Part shown: positions 56,414-64,000 of the stretch, one piece after another | Layout of the letters: every line of letters starts with the position of its first letter | How positions within the stretch are numbered: the stretch's first letter is position 1 | From: Deltaproteobacteria bacterium CG11_big_fil_rev_8_21_14_0_20_42_23 | Lineage (GTDB): Bacteria; UBA10199; 2-02-FULL-44-16 | NCBI GenBank assembly: GCA_002796345.1 | Contig: PCXC01000039.1 | Coordinates: 4 to 64,003, forward strand | Reading direction: 5' to 3' | DNA: 64,000 nt | Notes under the pieces: model-generated | Told to the model about the DNA's origin: nothing | What the model saw: only the letters and a program-made list of their open reading frames with translations | The model's database searches: none | Made by a program: the position numbers and the translations under genes

Positions 56414-58949
56414 CCAGCGAGAGCACATATGCATCTAAATGAATTAATTTTTTTGCTACCCGCAACACATCTTCAGTTGTTACTTTCAAAACGCGTTCGG
56501 GATATTTTTTCATTTCTTCAATGCCTAAACCGTACAACTCGTTGAAGGCCATGTTGGAAGCAATGGAGCCGAAGCGTTGAAGATCGAGTTCGTAAACTCC
56601 AGCGATATATTGTTTCGCGCGATCAAGTTCATCGGCTTTCACTTTTTTAGTGGAGATGAGTTCGAGTTCATTTTTCATGCTGCTGATAGCGGTGTCTGTT
56701 TTCGCCGGATCAGTTCCAATATAAACAGCGAAATAACCAGGATCGATTCCAGCTTGTAAAACTGAGGTAACGGTGTAGGCCAAACTTTGTTTGTCGCGGA
56801 GTTGTAAGAACAATCTTCCGCCCTGGCCAGAAAGAATATTGTTCAGCACTTGAGCTGCATAGTAATCTTTGTCATAAAAGCTAATGCCCTTAAATCCAAG
56901 TACAATATGGGCTTGCTGTTTGTCAGCTTTGTGTACTTTTTTCTCAATAATGTGTTTTGGTGCAGCGTCTGATTTTAAAGAAAGTTTTTTTGAAGCCTTC
57001 TTTTTGAAGCCAGAAAAGCGTTCTTCGCACATGTGAATGGTGGTATCTACGTTCACGTCACCCACAATCGAAATCAGCATTTCTGGAGTATGAAAAGAAT
57101 CCGTCCATGCTTTTTTTAAGTCTTTGGCCTGAAGTTTTTTTACCGAAGCAGCTTTTCCTGTAACAGGAAGACCGTATGGATGCTTGGGATAGAGGGCTTC
57201 AAGAAAATACTGAAAGGCCATTTTGCTTAAGTTGTCTTCTTGGTGTCGTATTTGCTCAAGCTGCAAATACTTTTCTTTTTTCACTTCATTTGTATCAAAG
57301 TTTGCATCCAAAATAATTTCAGAAAAAAGATCGAAGCCAACTTGCAAGTGTTCGCTCATGCATTCGGCTCGCATACCTACACTGTTTTTTCCGCTGAAAG
57401 CCCCAACAGATCCAGCGATGCGGTCGATGTCGTGTGCAATTTTATTGCTGTCTCTTTGTGTTGTTCCTTTTGCAGCCACTCGTGAAAGCAAAAGACTAAT
57501 GCCATTGTTGCGCACATTTTCTGCACGAAGCCCACCAAGGTTTGCCGCCACCATCGAGACAAGCGGAAGATGATGTGTTGGTTGAATGATGAGCTTAAGA
57601 CCATTGGAAAGTTTCGTCACTACAGGTCCAGATTTTTTCTTTTGTATACTTTGTTTCTTTTGCTTCAACAAAATGCCTTCAAGTGATTTGTGTTTTTTCT
57701 TCCAAGCTGATGTTTCGGGAAGGACAAGTACCACCGAGCTTTGCTTGAGGTGGAGATATTTTTTGGCAACATCCTGAAGCATTTGTGCGTCAACTTTGTA
57801 CAGAGCTTGTTGGTATTTTTCTTCGAAGTCCAAATTGCCAGCGGTTGAAAGAAGATATGCATGCTTGCCCGCAAGTCCGCCAACGGTTTCACGTTCGTAG
57901 AGTTCGGAAGAAATAATGTTGAGCCGGGCTCTGGCAATTTCATCTGTGGAAACAAGATCTGTTTGCAGAAAATGGAGTTCATCTCTAATGGCTGCAAAAA
58001 GTTTTTCCATTTTCTTTTCTTCGGCAAGTCCGCTGATAGCAAATATGCCCGGGCTTCTTGGAGTGTAGGCATAACTTGAAATGCGAAGTGCAAGTTGTTG
58101 TTCTTCCTTCACCTTCAACTCTAAACGAGAAGCTTCGCCGCCGCCAAGAATGTGGCTGAGAATATCAATGGCAGGAATATCTTCATGCGCAATGGAAGGA
58201 ATGTGCCAGCCCAAAGAAAAATAATTTCCCTGAATGTTCATGGTGTTTGCAATTGAACGAATTGAGCTTTGACTTGGTTCTTCAATGTCGTCGGAAAGTG
58301 GCTTCTGCGCTGGTGTTCCCGAGAATGATGAAAAAGCTTTCGTGATATCAACTAACATTTTTTTGCTGTCAAAATCTCCCACCACCACAAAAATCATATT
58401 GTGTGGTGTGTACCAACGTTTGTAAAAACGAAACAGATCGTCTTGGCTAAAGTTTTTTACGGTTTCAGGAAATCCTATAATAGGGCGACCGTAAGTATGT
58501 TTTTTAAAAACTGTTTTAAACAAAAGATTGCTTGCCACATGGCCGGGATTGTCGCGCTCACGCTTGATTTCCTCAAGCACCACTTCTTTTTCACGCTCCA
58601 GTTCTTCGGCGTCGAAAAGAGGATGTTGCATGGCATCGGACAAAATTTCTAAACCTTTGTGCGCAAACCGAGAAGCCATGCTCATGTAATAGACGGTTTG
58701 ATCAAACGAAGTGTATGCATTCATGTCGCCGCCAGCGGCTTCAATATCTCTGGCGATGGTGCCTGTTGGGCGGGTTGGCGTGCCTTTGAACATCATGTGC
58801 TCGATCAAATGTGCAATGCCAGCTTCGGCGTCAGTTTCAAAAGCGCTGCCCACTTTGGCAACTGCTTGAAATGAAATAACTGGGCACGCGCGGAGTTCTT
58901 CAAGAATGACAAGCATTCCATTGCTGAGGGTGAAAGACTGTAGTGACAT
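56403..58949 (-). CDS. M16-family zinc peptidase (pitrilysin-like, two tandem M16 units)
   Basis: An inverted zinc motif HLIEHMMFKGT in the first unit and a second inactive-type M16 repeat. Confidence 0.8.
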   Translation of the reverse strand: MSLQSFTLSNGMLVILEELRACPVISFQAVAKVGSAFETDAEAGIAHLIEHMMFKGTPTRPTGTIARDIEAAGGDMNAYTSFDQTVYYMSMASRFAHKGLEILSDAMQHPLFDAEELEREKEVVLEEIKRERDNPGHVASNLLFKTVFKKHTYGRPIIGFPETVKNFSQDDLFRFYKRWYTPHNMIFVVVGDFDSKKMLVDITKAFSSFSGTPAQKPLSDDIEEPSQSSIRSIANTMNIQGNYFSLGWHIPSIAHEDIPAIDILSHILGGGEASRLELKVKEEQQLALRISSYAYTPRSPGIFAISGLAEEKKMEKLFAAIRDELHFLQTDLVSTDEIARARLNIISSELYERETVGGLAGKHAYLLSTAGNLDFEEKYQQALYKVDAQMLQDVAKKYLHLKQSSVVLVLPETSAWKKKHKSLEGILLKQKKQSIQKKKSGPVVTKLSNGLKLIIQPTHHLPLVSMVAANLGGLRAENVRNNGISLLLSRVAAKGTTQRDSNKIAHDIDRIAGSVGAFSGKNSVGMRAECMSEHLQVGFDLFSEIILDANFDTNEVKKEKYLQLEQIRHQEDNLSKMAFQYFLEALYPKHPYGLPVTGKAASVKKLQAKDLKKAWTDSFHTPEMLISIVGDVNVDTTIHMCEERFSGFKKKASKKLSLKSDAAPKHIIEKKVHKADKQQAHIVLGFKGISFYDKDYYAAQVLNNILSGQGGRLFLQLRDKQSLAYTVTSVLQAGIDPGYFAVYIGTDPAKTDTAISSMKNELELISTKKVKADELDRAKQYIAGVYELDLQRFGSIASNMAFNELYGLGIEEMKKYPERVLKVTTEDVLRVAKKLIHLDAYVLSLVTP

Positions 58950-59125
58950 GGTTTTCTCCAGGGCAGACGATTAAGAATTTCCGGGAAGCTAGTGGAGATG
59001 CATCGCAAGTGCAATCATTTTTGAGAGTGGCTTTCCTCGTTTTTACAGGGCGAAAAACAAAGTATTGCTCACTTTACTTTCCACTTTTTTATCGGTATCT
59101 CACCCTGCCTGGGAGAAGAAGAGTA

Positions 59126-61021
59126 ATGAATAAAAAGTATGAAAAATTGTCGCAAGAAAAGCTTGAAGCCTTAATTCATCATCATAATGATCTCTACTTT
59201 CAAGAGCATGCGCCTGAAATTTCTGATTATGAGTTCGATCAGCTGGTAGAAACACTTCGAAAGCGTTTTCCTCAATCCAAAGTTTTTGAAACCTTGCCCA
59301 GTGATGTGAAAGTGGCGTCAAAAAAAGTGGAACACACAAGTCCAATGCTTTCACTTGATAAATGCTATGACGAGGAAACACTCGCCAAATGGGCTTCTAA
59401 GTGTGAGGGAAAAATTATTGCGATGCCAAAAATTGATGGCTGCGCCGTTTCGATTCACTATGATGAAAAGGGAAAATTGCATTTAGCAGCCACTCGTGGA
59501 AACGGTGTTTTTGGTGAAGATATTACTGAAAATGCCTTGCACATCCATGATGTTCCCAAAAAGATTTCACTCCACAACATTGAAGTGCGTGGCGAAATTT
59601 TTATGCCGCTTTCGGTGTTTAAACGCTATCAAGATCAGTTTGCAAATCCTCGTAACTTGGCGGCTGGAGCTATTAAGCTGAAGGATGCAAAGAAAACGGA
59701 AGCTTATAATTTGTCTTTTTTTGCCTATGATCTTTTGGGTGCAAACGTAAAAACTGAACATGAAAAAAGAGAGTTGCTGAAGCAACATAAATTTCCGCAA
59801 GTGGAAACGCGTTTGTGCGATCGCGAACATCTTCGCGAACCTTTCGATTATTTTGTGGAAAAACGAAACAAATCTGATTTCGAAACTGATGGTGTAGTCT
59901 ACCGCGCCGATTTACTTTCAGAGCAAGAGCGTTTGGGTTCCACCGCGCATCATCCACGTTTTGCCATTGCGTATAAGTTTCAGGGTGAAACCGGAATCAC
60001 CGAACTGGAAGGCATCGAGTGGAGTGTTGCGAGAACAGGCACTATTACGCCGGTGGCTTTGGTGAAGCCCGTGTTGCTTTCGGGAGTAACGGTGCGCCGA
60101 GCTTCGTTGCACAATGTTGGCCTCATGGAAAAACTTGGGCTGAAAGAACGGTCAACGCTTGTCATGATGAGACGCGGTGATGTGATTCCGCATGTAGAAT
60201 CGGTGGTGAAGGCTAGTGGAAAGGCAATTGCCGTTCCTGAAAAATGTCCAGCGTGCGATGCACCCACAAAACGCGAAGAGGATTTTTTGTATTGCACCAA
60301 CTCGGAAAACTGCGTGCGGCAAAAGGTTGCGGAGCTTGAGCATTTTGTAAAAGCGGCAGAGATTGACGGCTTTGGTGGAAAACTTTTAGAAAAACTGTAC
60401 GAAGAAGGTTTGGTGACGGAGGCTTCAGATTTTTATCAGCTCACTTTAGACCAATTGCTTGAGCTTGATCGCATGGGCGAAACGCTTGCCACAAAGTTGT
60501 TGCGCAACATCGAAGAGAAAAAAACATTGCCAGAAGCAACGGTGATATTAGCGCTTGGCCTTAAAGAAGTGGGAAAACGCATGGCAAAAACTTTGGCAAG
60601 TTTGGGAAGCCTTGAAGACTTGCGGCAAATGAATGAAGAAGAGCTTGCCCAAGTGGAAGGCATTGGTCCGGTGATTGCGCATAACGTTGTTTCAGGATTG
60701 AAGGAAAAAAAACATTCGCTTGCTCGTTTGCTGAAGTACGTGAGCGTAGAAAAAACCAAGAAAAAGCAAAGCGGAAAAGTGGCCGGAAAAAGTTTTTTGT
60801 TCACCGGAAAAATGTTGGAAATGAGCAGAAAAGAAGCTGAAGACTTGGTGCAAGCCGAAGGCGGCGAGGTACTTTCGGGCGTAAGTTCAGCGCTTCAGTT
60901 TTTGGTGGTGGGCGACGGCGGTGGAGCTGGCTCAAAACTAGACAAAGCCAAAGCCTTGCAAGCCAAGGGAGCAGAGCTAAACATCCTGGATGAAAAGCAG
61001 TTTTTGAAGCTGGTAAAATAG
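59126..61021 (+). CDS. ligA: NAD-dependent DNA ligase
   Basis: An adenylation domain KxDG (MPKIDGCAV), an OB fold, a Zn finger CPACDAPTKREEDFLYCTNSENC, HhH repeats and a BRCT domain. Start at 59126 with RBS ggagaagaagagtaATG. The ORF upstream of this Met carries no ligase sequence. Confidence 0.9.
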   Translation: MNKKYEKLSQEKLEALIHHHNDLYFQEHAPEISDYEFDQLVETLRKRFPQSKVFETLPSDVKVASKKVEHTSPMLSLDKCYDEETLAKWASKCEGKIIAMPKIDGCAVSIHYDEKGKLHLAATRGNGVFGEDITENALHIHDVPKKISLHNIEVRGEIFMPLSVFKRYQDQFANPRNLAAGAIKLKDAKKTEAYNLSFFAYDLLGANVKTEHEKRELLKQHKFPQVETRLCDREHLREPFDYFVEKRNKSDFETDGVVYRADLLSEQERLGSTAHHPRFAIAYKFQGETGITELEGIEWSVARTGTITPVALVKPVLLSGVTVRRASLHNVGLMEKLGLKERSTLVMMRRGDVIPHVESVVKASGKAIAVPEKCPACDAPTKREEDFLYCTNSENCVRQKVAELEHFVKAAEIDGFGGKLLEKLYEEGLVTEASDFYQLTLDQLLELDRMGETLATKLLRNIEEKKTLPEATVILALGLKEVGKRMAKTLASLGSLEDLRQMNEEELAQVEGIGPVIAHNVVSGLKEKKHSLARLLKYVSVEKTKKKQSGKVAGKSFLFTGKMLEMSRKEAEDLVQAEGGEVLSGVSSALQFLVVGDGGGAGSKLDKAKALQAKGAELNILDEKQFLKLVK

Positions 61022-61176
61022 CCATATAAGCTGGTTTTTCCCACTTTTAGCCCCATTCAGCAAAAGCCTTGAAAAATAGTTTCTAAACCATTGAAATTCC
61101 TAAGCTTTTTTCTTCATTTTCAAGCAACTTTGGCTAAGGTACGGCCGATAAGTTATGTGTAAGGAGAAGTGTATCT

Positions 61177-62118
61177 ATGTTGAGTGCTGGAAGAACAAGA
61201 GCTGCTGAAGTTGCAAGCCGAGCTGCCGCCCTCGAAGCGAGGAAAAAGCAGCTTAATGCCGAAGCCGAGCAGAATAAGTTTAGCCTTGCTGGTGAAGCCG
61301 ATAAGGTAAGGGATGTCATTGCCCAAACCGAGCAGCAGGTTGCCGCGCAAGAAGCCCAGGCTCAACAACTTGAGCAACAGAAAGCCCTTAATGATGGCCA
61401 GTTTGAAGCCGTTGATAAGCAAAAAGCCGAAAATGAAAGCCGTCTTGCTTCTGGCCAGGAAAGTGTAAACTCGGAACGCGCACAACTAGAAGGGCAAATC
61501 AAAGAAAACGAAGTGATGCGCGAGAGACGGCAAAGTCTCGCCGAACGCATTGCTCATGATAAACCTCTCGTTGAAAATCGTGTGAGCGCTTATTGGAAGC
61601 TTGTTTTACTCGATGCGCAAAATACTGCAGATAGTCATTGGGAAACAGTGTGGGCAAAAGCACTTGCAGCTTTTACACGTTTTGCAGTTGCCTATATCGA
61701 CGCCAACCATCAGGTAACTCAAATCCAACCAAGTAACCCAACACAGTTTGCAAATGGTTTAAATCCACAACAAGACAGTGATCAACTTCGAGCGCTCAAA
61801 CGTCAGCATGAAGATCTTGGACATGATGAAGAGGCAAGAATAGCGCGAAATGAAGCTGCAGAAAAATCACTTGAAAGCCGAGAAGTACAACTTGATCAGC
61901 AAGCAAAAGAATTTGCGATTATGATTGATAAGCAAACGCATTCTATCCTTCAACGCGCAGAAGAACTTGGCTTGCAAATGCAACAAGCCCTTGCAGCCGC
62001 TGACAGAGCGCGCGATTCTATTAAACTCCATGAAGACCGTATTGCGCAACTTGAAAGCCGAAGTGGCGAATTGGATGCGTTGAAACAACAGCAAATTGAT
62101 GCACTTCCAAAAGCTTAA
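61177..62118 (+). CDS. Gln/Ala/Glu-rich coiled-coil protein, hypothetical
   Basis: RBS aaggagaagtgtatctATG. Continuous heptad-like composition with no enzymatic motif. Confidence 0.4.
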   Translation: MLSAGRTRAAEVASRAAALEARKKQLNAEAEQNKFSLAGEADKVRDVIAQTEQQVAAQEAQAQQLEQQKALNDGQFEAVDKQKAENESRLASGQESVNSERAQLEGQIKENEVMRERRQSLAERIAHDKPLVENRVSAYWKLVLLDAQNTADSHWETVWAKALAAFTRFAVAYIDANHQVTQIQPSNPTQFANGLNPQQDSDQLRALKRQHEDLGHDEEARIARNEAAEKSLESREVQLDQQAKEFAIMIDKQTHSILQRAEELGLQMQQALAAADRARDSIKLHEDRIAQLESRSGELDALKQQQIDALPKA

Positions 62119-62213
62119 ACGTAAAGTAAACGAGAATCCCTGGATCCCCTAAATTCACAAAAGAAGAAACAAAAACTTCAAAATAACCACAAACCACAAA
62201 CTAAAAACTGAAT

Positions 62214-63827
62214 CTAATTCACCTTAAACTCACTGCTTTCTATTTGGTAGGATTTCAACTTTGAAATAAGGGTTGTTCTGGCCATCCCCAGTTCTTCGGC
62301 GATACGGGATTGATTGCCGTGGTATTTTCTGCACAGTTCGAGAATGCGTTCTTTTTCCTGTTCACGAAGGGGGCGAAGTTTTCCTTCTGCAGCAGGTGCG
62401 AGGAGAATATCACTTGCGTCCAAAACATTGTGTTCACAAAAAAGGGCAGAGCGCTCCAGGGTGTGTTTGAGTTCGCGCACATTTCCTGGCCAGCTGTGTT
62501 TTGTGAGCACTGCAAGAGCAGCGCTGGAAAGTGTTTTTGGCTGTTCTGGAGAAAGCACACGCAGAAAGTGTTCGGCAAGAAGAGCAACATCTTCTTTGCG
62601 TGCGCGAAGTGGTGGCAAGTGCAAAGGCAGAATGTACAAGCGATAGTATAAGTCAGTGCGAAATTTTCCGCGTTCTACCAAGTGCTTCAAGTCTTGATGT
62701 GTTGCCGTGATGATGCGCACATCAACGGGAATATCTTCTTTGCCGCCAATTCTTCTGGTGACGCGTTCTTCCAGCACGCGCAGCAAGCGTGTTTGCAGTT
62801 CAAGTGGCATTTCGGCAATTTCGTCTAAAAATAAAGTACCACCATTGGCTTGCTCAAAAACACCAGCGCGGCGTTCACTTGCGCCGGTGAAAGCTCCGCG
62901 TTCGTGGCCAAATAAAATAGATTCGATCAAGTTTTCGGGAATGGCGCCGCAGTTGAGCGCAAGAAAAACCTTGTCGCTTCGTTTGCTTTCTTCGTGGATG
63001 GTTTTTGCCAACACTTCTTTTCCGGTTCCGGTTTCACCTTCAATGCAAACGCTGGCCTCACTGGGCGCCACTTTTCTGATGAGCTTGTACAGCAGCTTCA
63101 TGCTTTGGCTTTCGCCCAAAAGTCTGCCGAAACTTTTGAGTGCGATGGGATGATGCATTTTTTCGTCTCGGGGTTTTAAGCTGATGCTGCTTTTTCCCAA
63201 TTCGATCTGTGTTTTGCTGGTGATGACTGACTTGCGAATACTGATGCCATTGATTTTGGTGCCATTGGTGCTTTCCAAATCTTTTACTTCGAGTGAGTTT
63301 TGCTTCACCACAATGCTGCAGTGTTTGCGTGAAAGGTAAGGATCATTAAGGCAGACATCACAGTTTTTATCTTGGCCAATGATGTACGTTTTTTCAGAGA
63401 GAAAAAGGTGGCTTGTATTTCCTTCGGCATCTTTTGCTTCCAAAATCCAACGACAGGAAGATGAGCTGGGTTGTGAGTTTGTATCTGCACCCAGCAAAGT
63501 GGGTGTGGCTAAATAGACCGTTTTTTCTTGCTCGCGTTGCACATCATTTTGAACACAAATATTCCATGAAGCAATGGAAGGTGAAGTTTCTGCTTCAAGC
63601 GGCGCGCTGGAAACTTTTTGGCCTTTGTAAAAAATGCCATTTCGAGATTGCAGGTCGATAAGAACGAGCTGTCCCTCGATTTCATCTACTTTGCAGTGCT
63701 TTCGTGAGATTTCCTCATCCAGTAAAACGATGTCGCAGTCGGTGCCGCGGCCCACGGTGAGAGGAAGTTTGCTGATGCCATATTCCAACAAGGGCATTTG
63801 GCTACGTTCGAAACGAAGTGTTTTCAT
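62214..63827 (-). CDS. Sigma-54-dependent transcriptional activator with two tandem N-terminal FHA domains
   Basis: FHA1 LTVGRGTDCDIVLLDEEISRKHCKV...SRNGIF; FHA2 YIIGQDKNCDVCLNDPYLSRKHCSI...STNGTKIN. AAA+ motifs GETGTGKEVLA, GAFTGA and ESILFGHERGAFTGA. A C-terminal HTH. Confidence 0.8.
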   Translation of the reverse strand: MKTLRFERSQMPLLEYGISKLPLTVGRGTDCDIVLLDEEISRKHCKVDEIEGQLVLIDLQSRNGIFYKGQKVSSAPLEAETSPSIASWNICVQNDVQREQEKTVYLATPTLLGADTNSQPSSSSCRWILEAKDAEGNTSHLFLSEKTYIIGQDKNCDVCLNDPYLSRKHCSIVVKQNSLEVKDLESTNGTKINGISIRKSVITSKTQIELGKSSISLKPRDEKMHHPIALKSFGRLLGESQSMKLLYKLIRKVAPSEASVCIEGETGTGKEVLAKTIHEESKRSDKVFLALNCGAIPENLIESILFGHERGAFTGASERRAGVFEQANGGTLFLDEIAEMPLELQTRLLRVLEERVTRRIGGKEDIPVDVRIITATHQDLKHLVERGKFRTDLYYRLYILPLHLPPLRARKEDVALLAEHFLRVLSPEQPKTLSSAALAVLTKHSWPGNVRELKHTLERSALFCEHNVLDASDILLAPAAEGKLRPLREQEKERILELCRKYHGNQSRIAEELGMARTTLISKLKSYQIESSEFKVN

Positions 63828-64000
63828 GCCTTTCTTGTAGAAGAATCTGCTTGAACTTCAAATGCTAAGTGTTCTTTTTTTCAGGAAGTTCTCGTTTTGA
63901 AACACCATTTTTGAACAGGTGTTTTGTTTTCTGGATGGCACTCTGTTCCAAAAAGGAAAAAGTGTAAAAAAAACGTGCAAGATCATATTGAATTGGGTAG

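Noticed and set aside
61144-61151. Exact GCCGATAA, the sigma-28 -10 consensus, upstream of the coiled-coil gene
   Set aside because: No TAAA-type -35 element lies at the required 15-nt spacing. A single 8-mer match is expected by chance in 64 kb.

Overview
This 64 kb window is a gene-dense bacterial chromosomal segment of about 45% GC. Gene content resembles deltaproteobacteria-like lineages (Bdellovibrionota or Myxococcota): two FHA-domain sigma-54 activators, a receptor Ser/Thr kinase with PEGA repeats, a PrkA-YeaH-SpoVR triad and an Mla system. Housekeeping genes flank a roughly 17 kb accessory locus at about 21.3-38.0 kb: prfC, slyD, thiL, trhO, ligA, yggS-yggT-yggU, an ABC-2 exporter, an RND/MMPL transporter, a ZIP transporter and an M16 peptidase.

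That accessory locus is the main feature. It encodes an atypical type III secretion (T3SS) gene set that mixes injectisome hallmarks with flagellar hallmarks. Injectisome-type parts are an SctJ-type ring lipoprotein, a needle-like protein followed by a small TPR protein in the yscF-yscG arrangement, and two LcrH/SycD-class TPR chaperones each paired with a hydrophilic coiled-coil candidate substrate. Flagellar-type parts are an in-cluster sigma-28 (FliA-like) factor, a FliG-like protein, a FliO-like protein and a FliP carrying a signal peptide, in fliG-H-I-J-K...M-N-O-P-Q-R gene order. No secretin (SctC), SctD, SctU/FlhB or SctV/FlhA gene lies in the window.

Two textbook sigma-54 promoters (TGGCAT-N5-(T/C)TGCAT) sit in front of the sigma-28/apparatus operon and the substrate/chaperone operon. 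A convergent operon of a PEGA Ser/Thr kinase and an FHA sigma-54 activator lies immediately downstream.

Other items are a 1101-aa secreted protein with Pro-Glu-Pro linkers and two tandem C-terminal domain copies, a PIF1-family helicase, and an operon of a fatty-acid hydroxylase, an ATP-grasp enzyme and a cytochrome c'. I found no rRNA, tRNA, CRISPR array, transposase or integrase.
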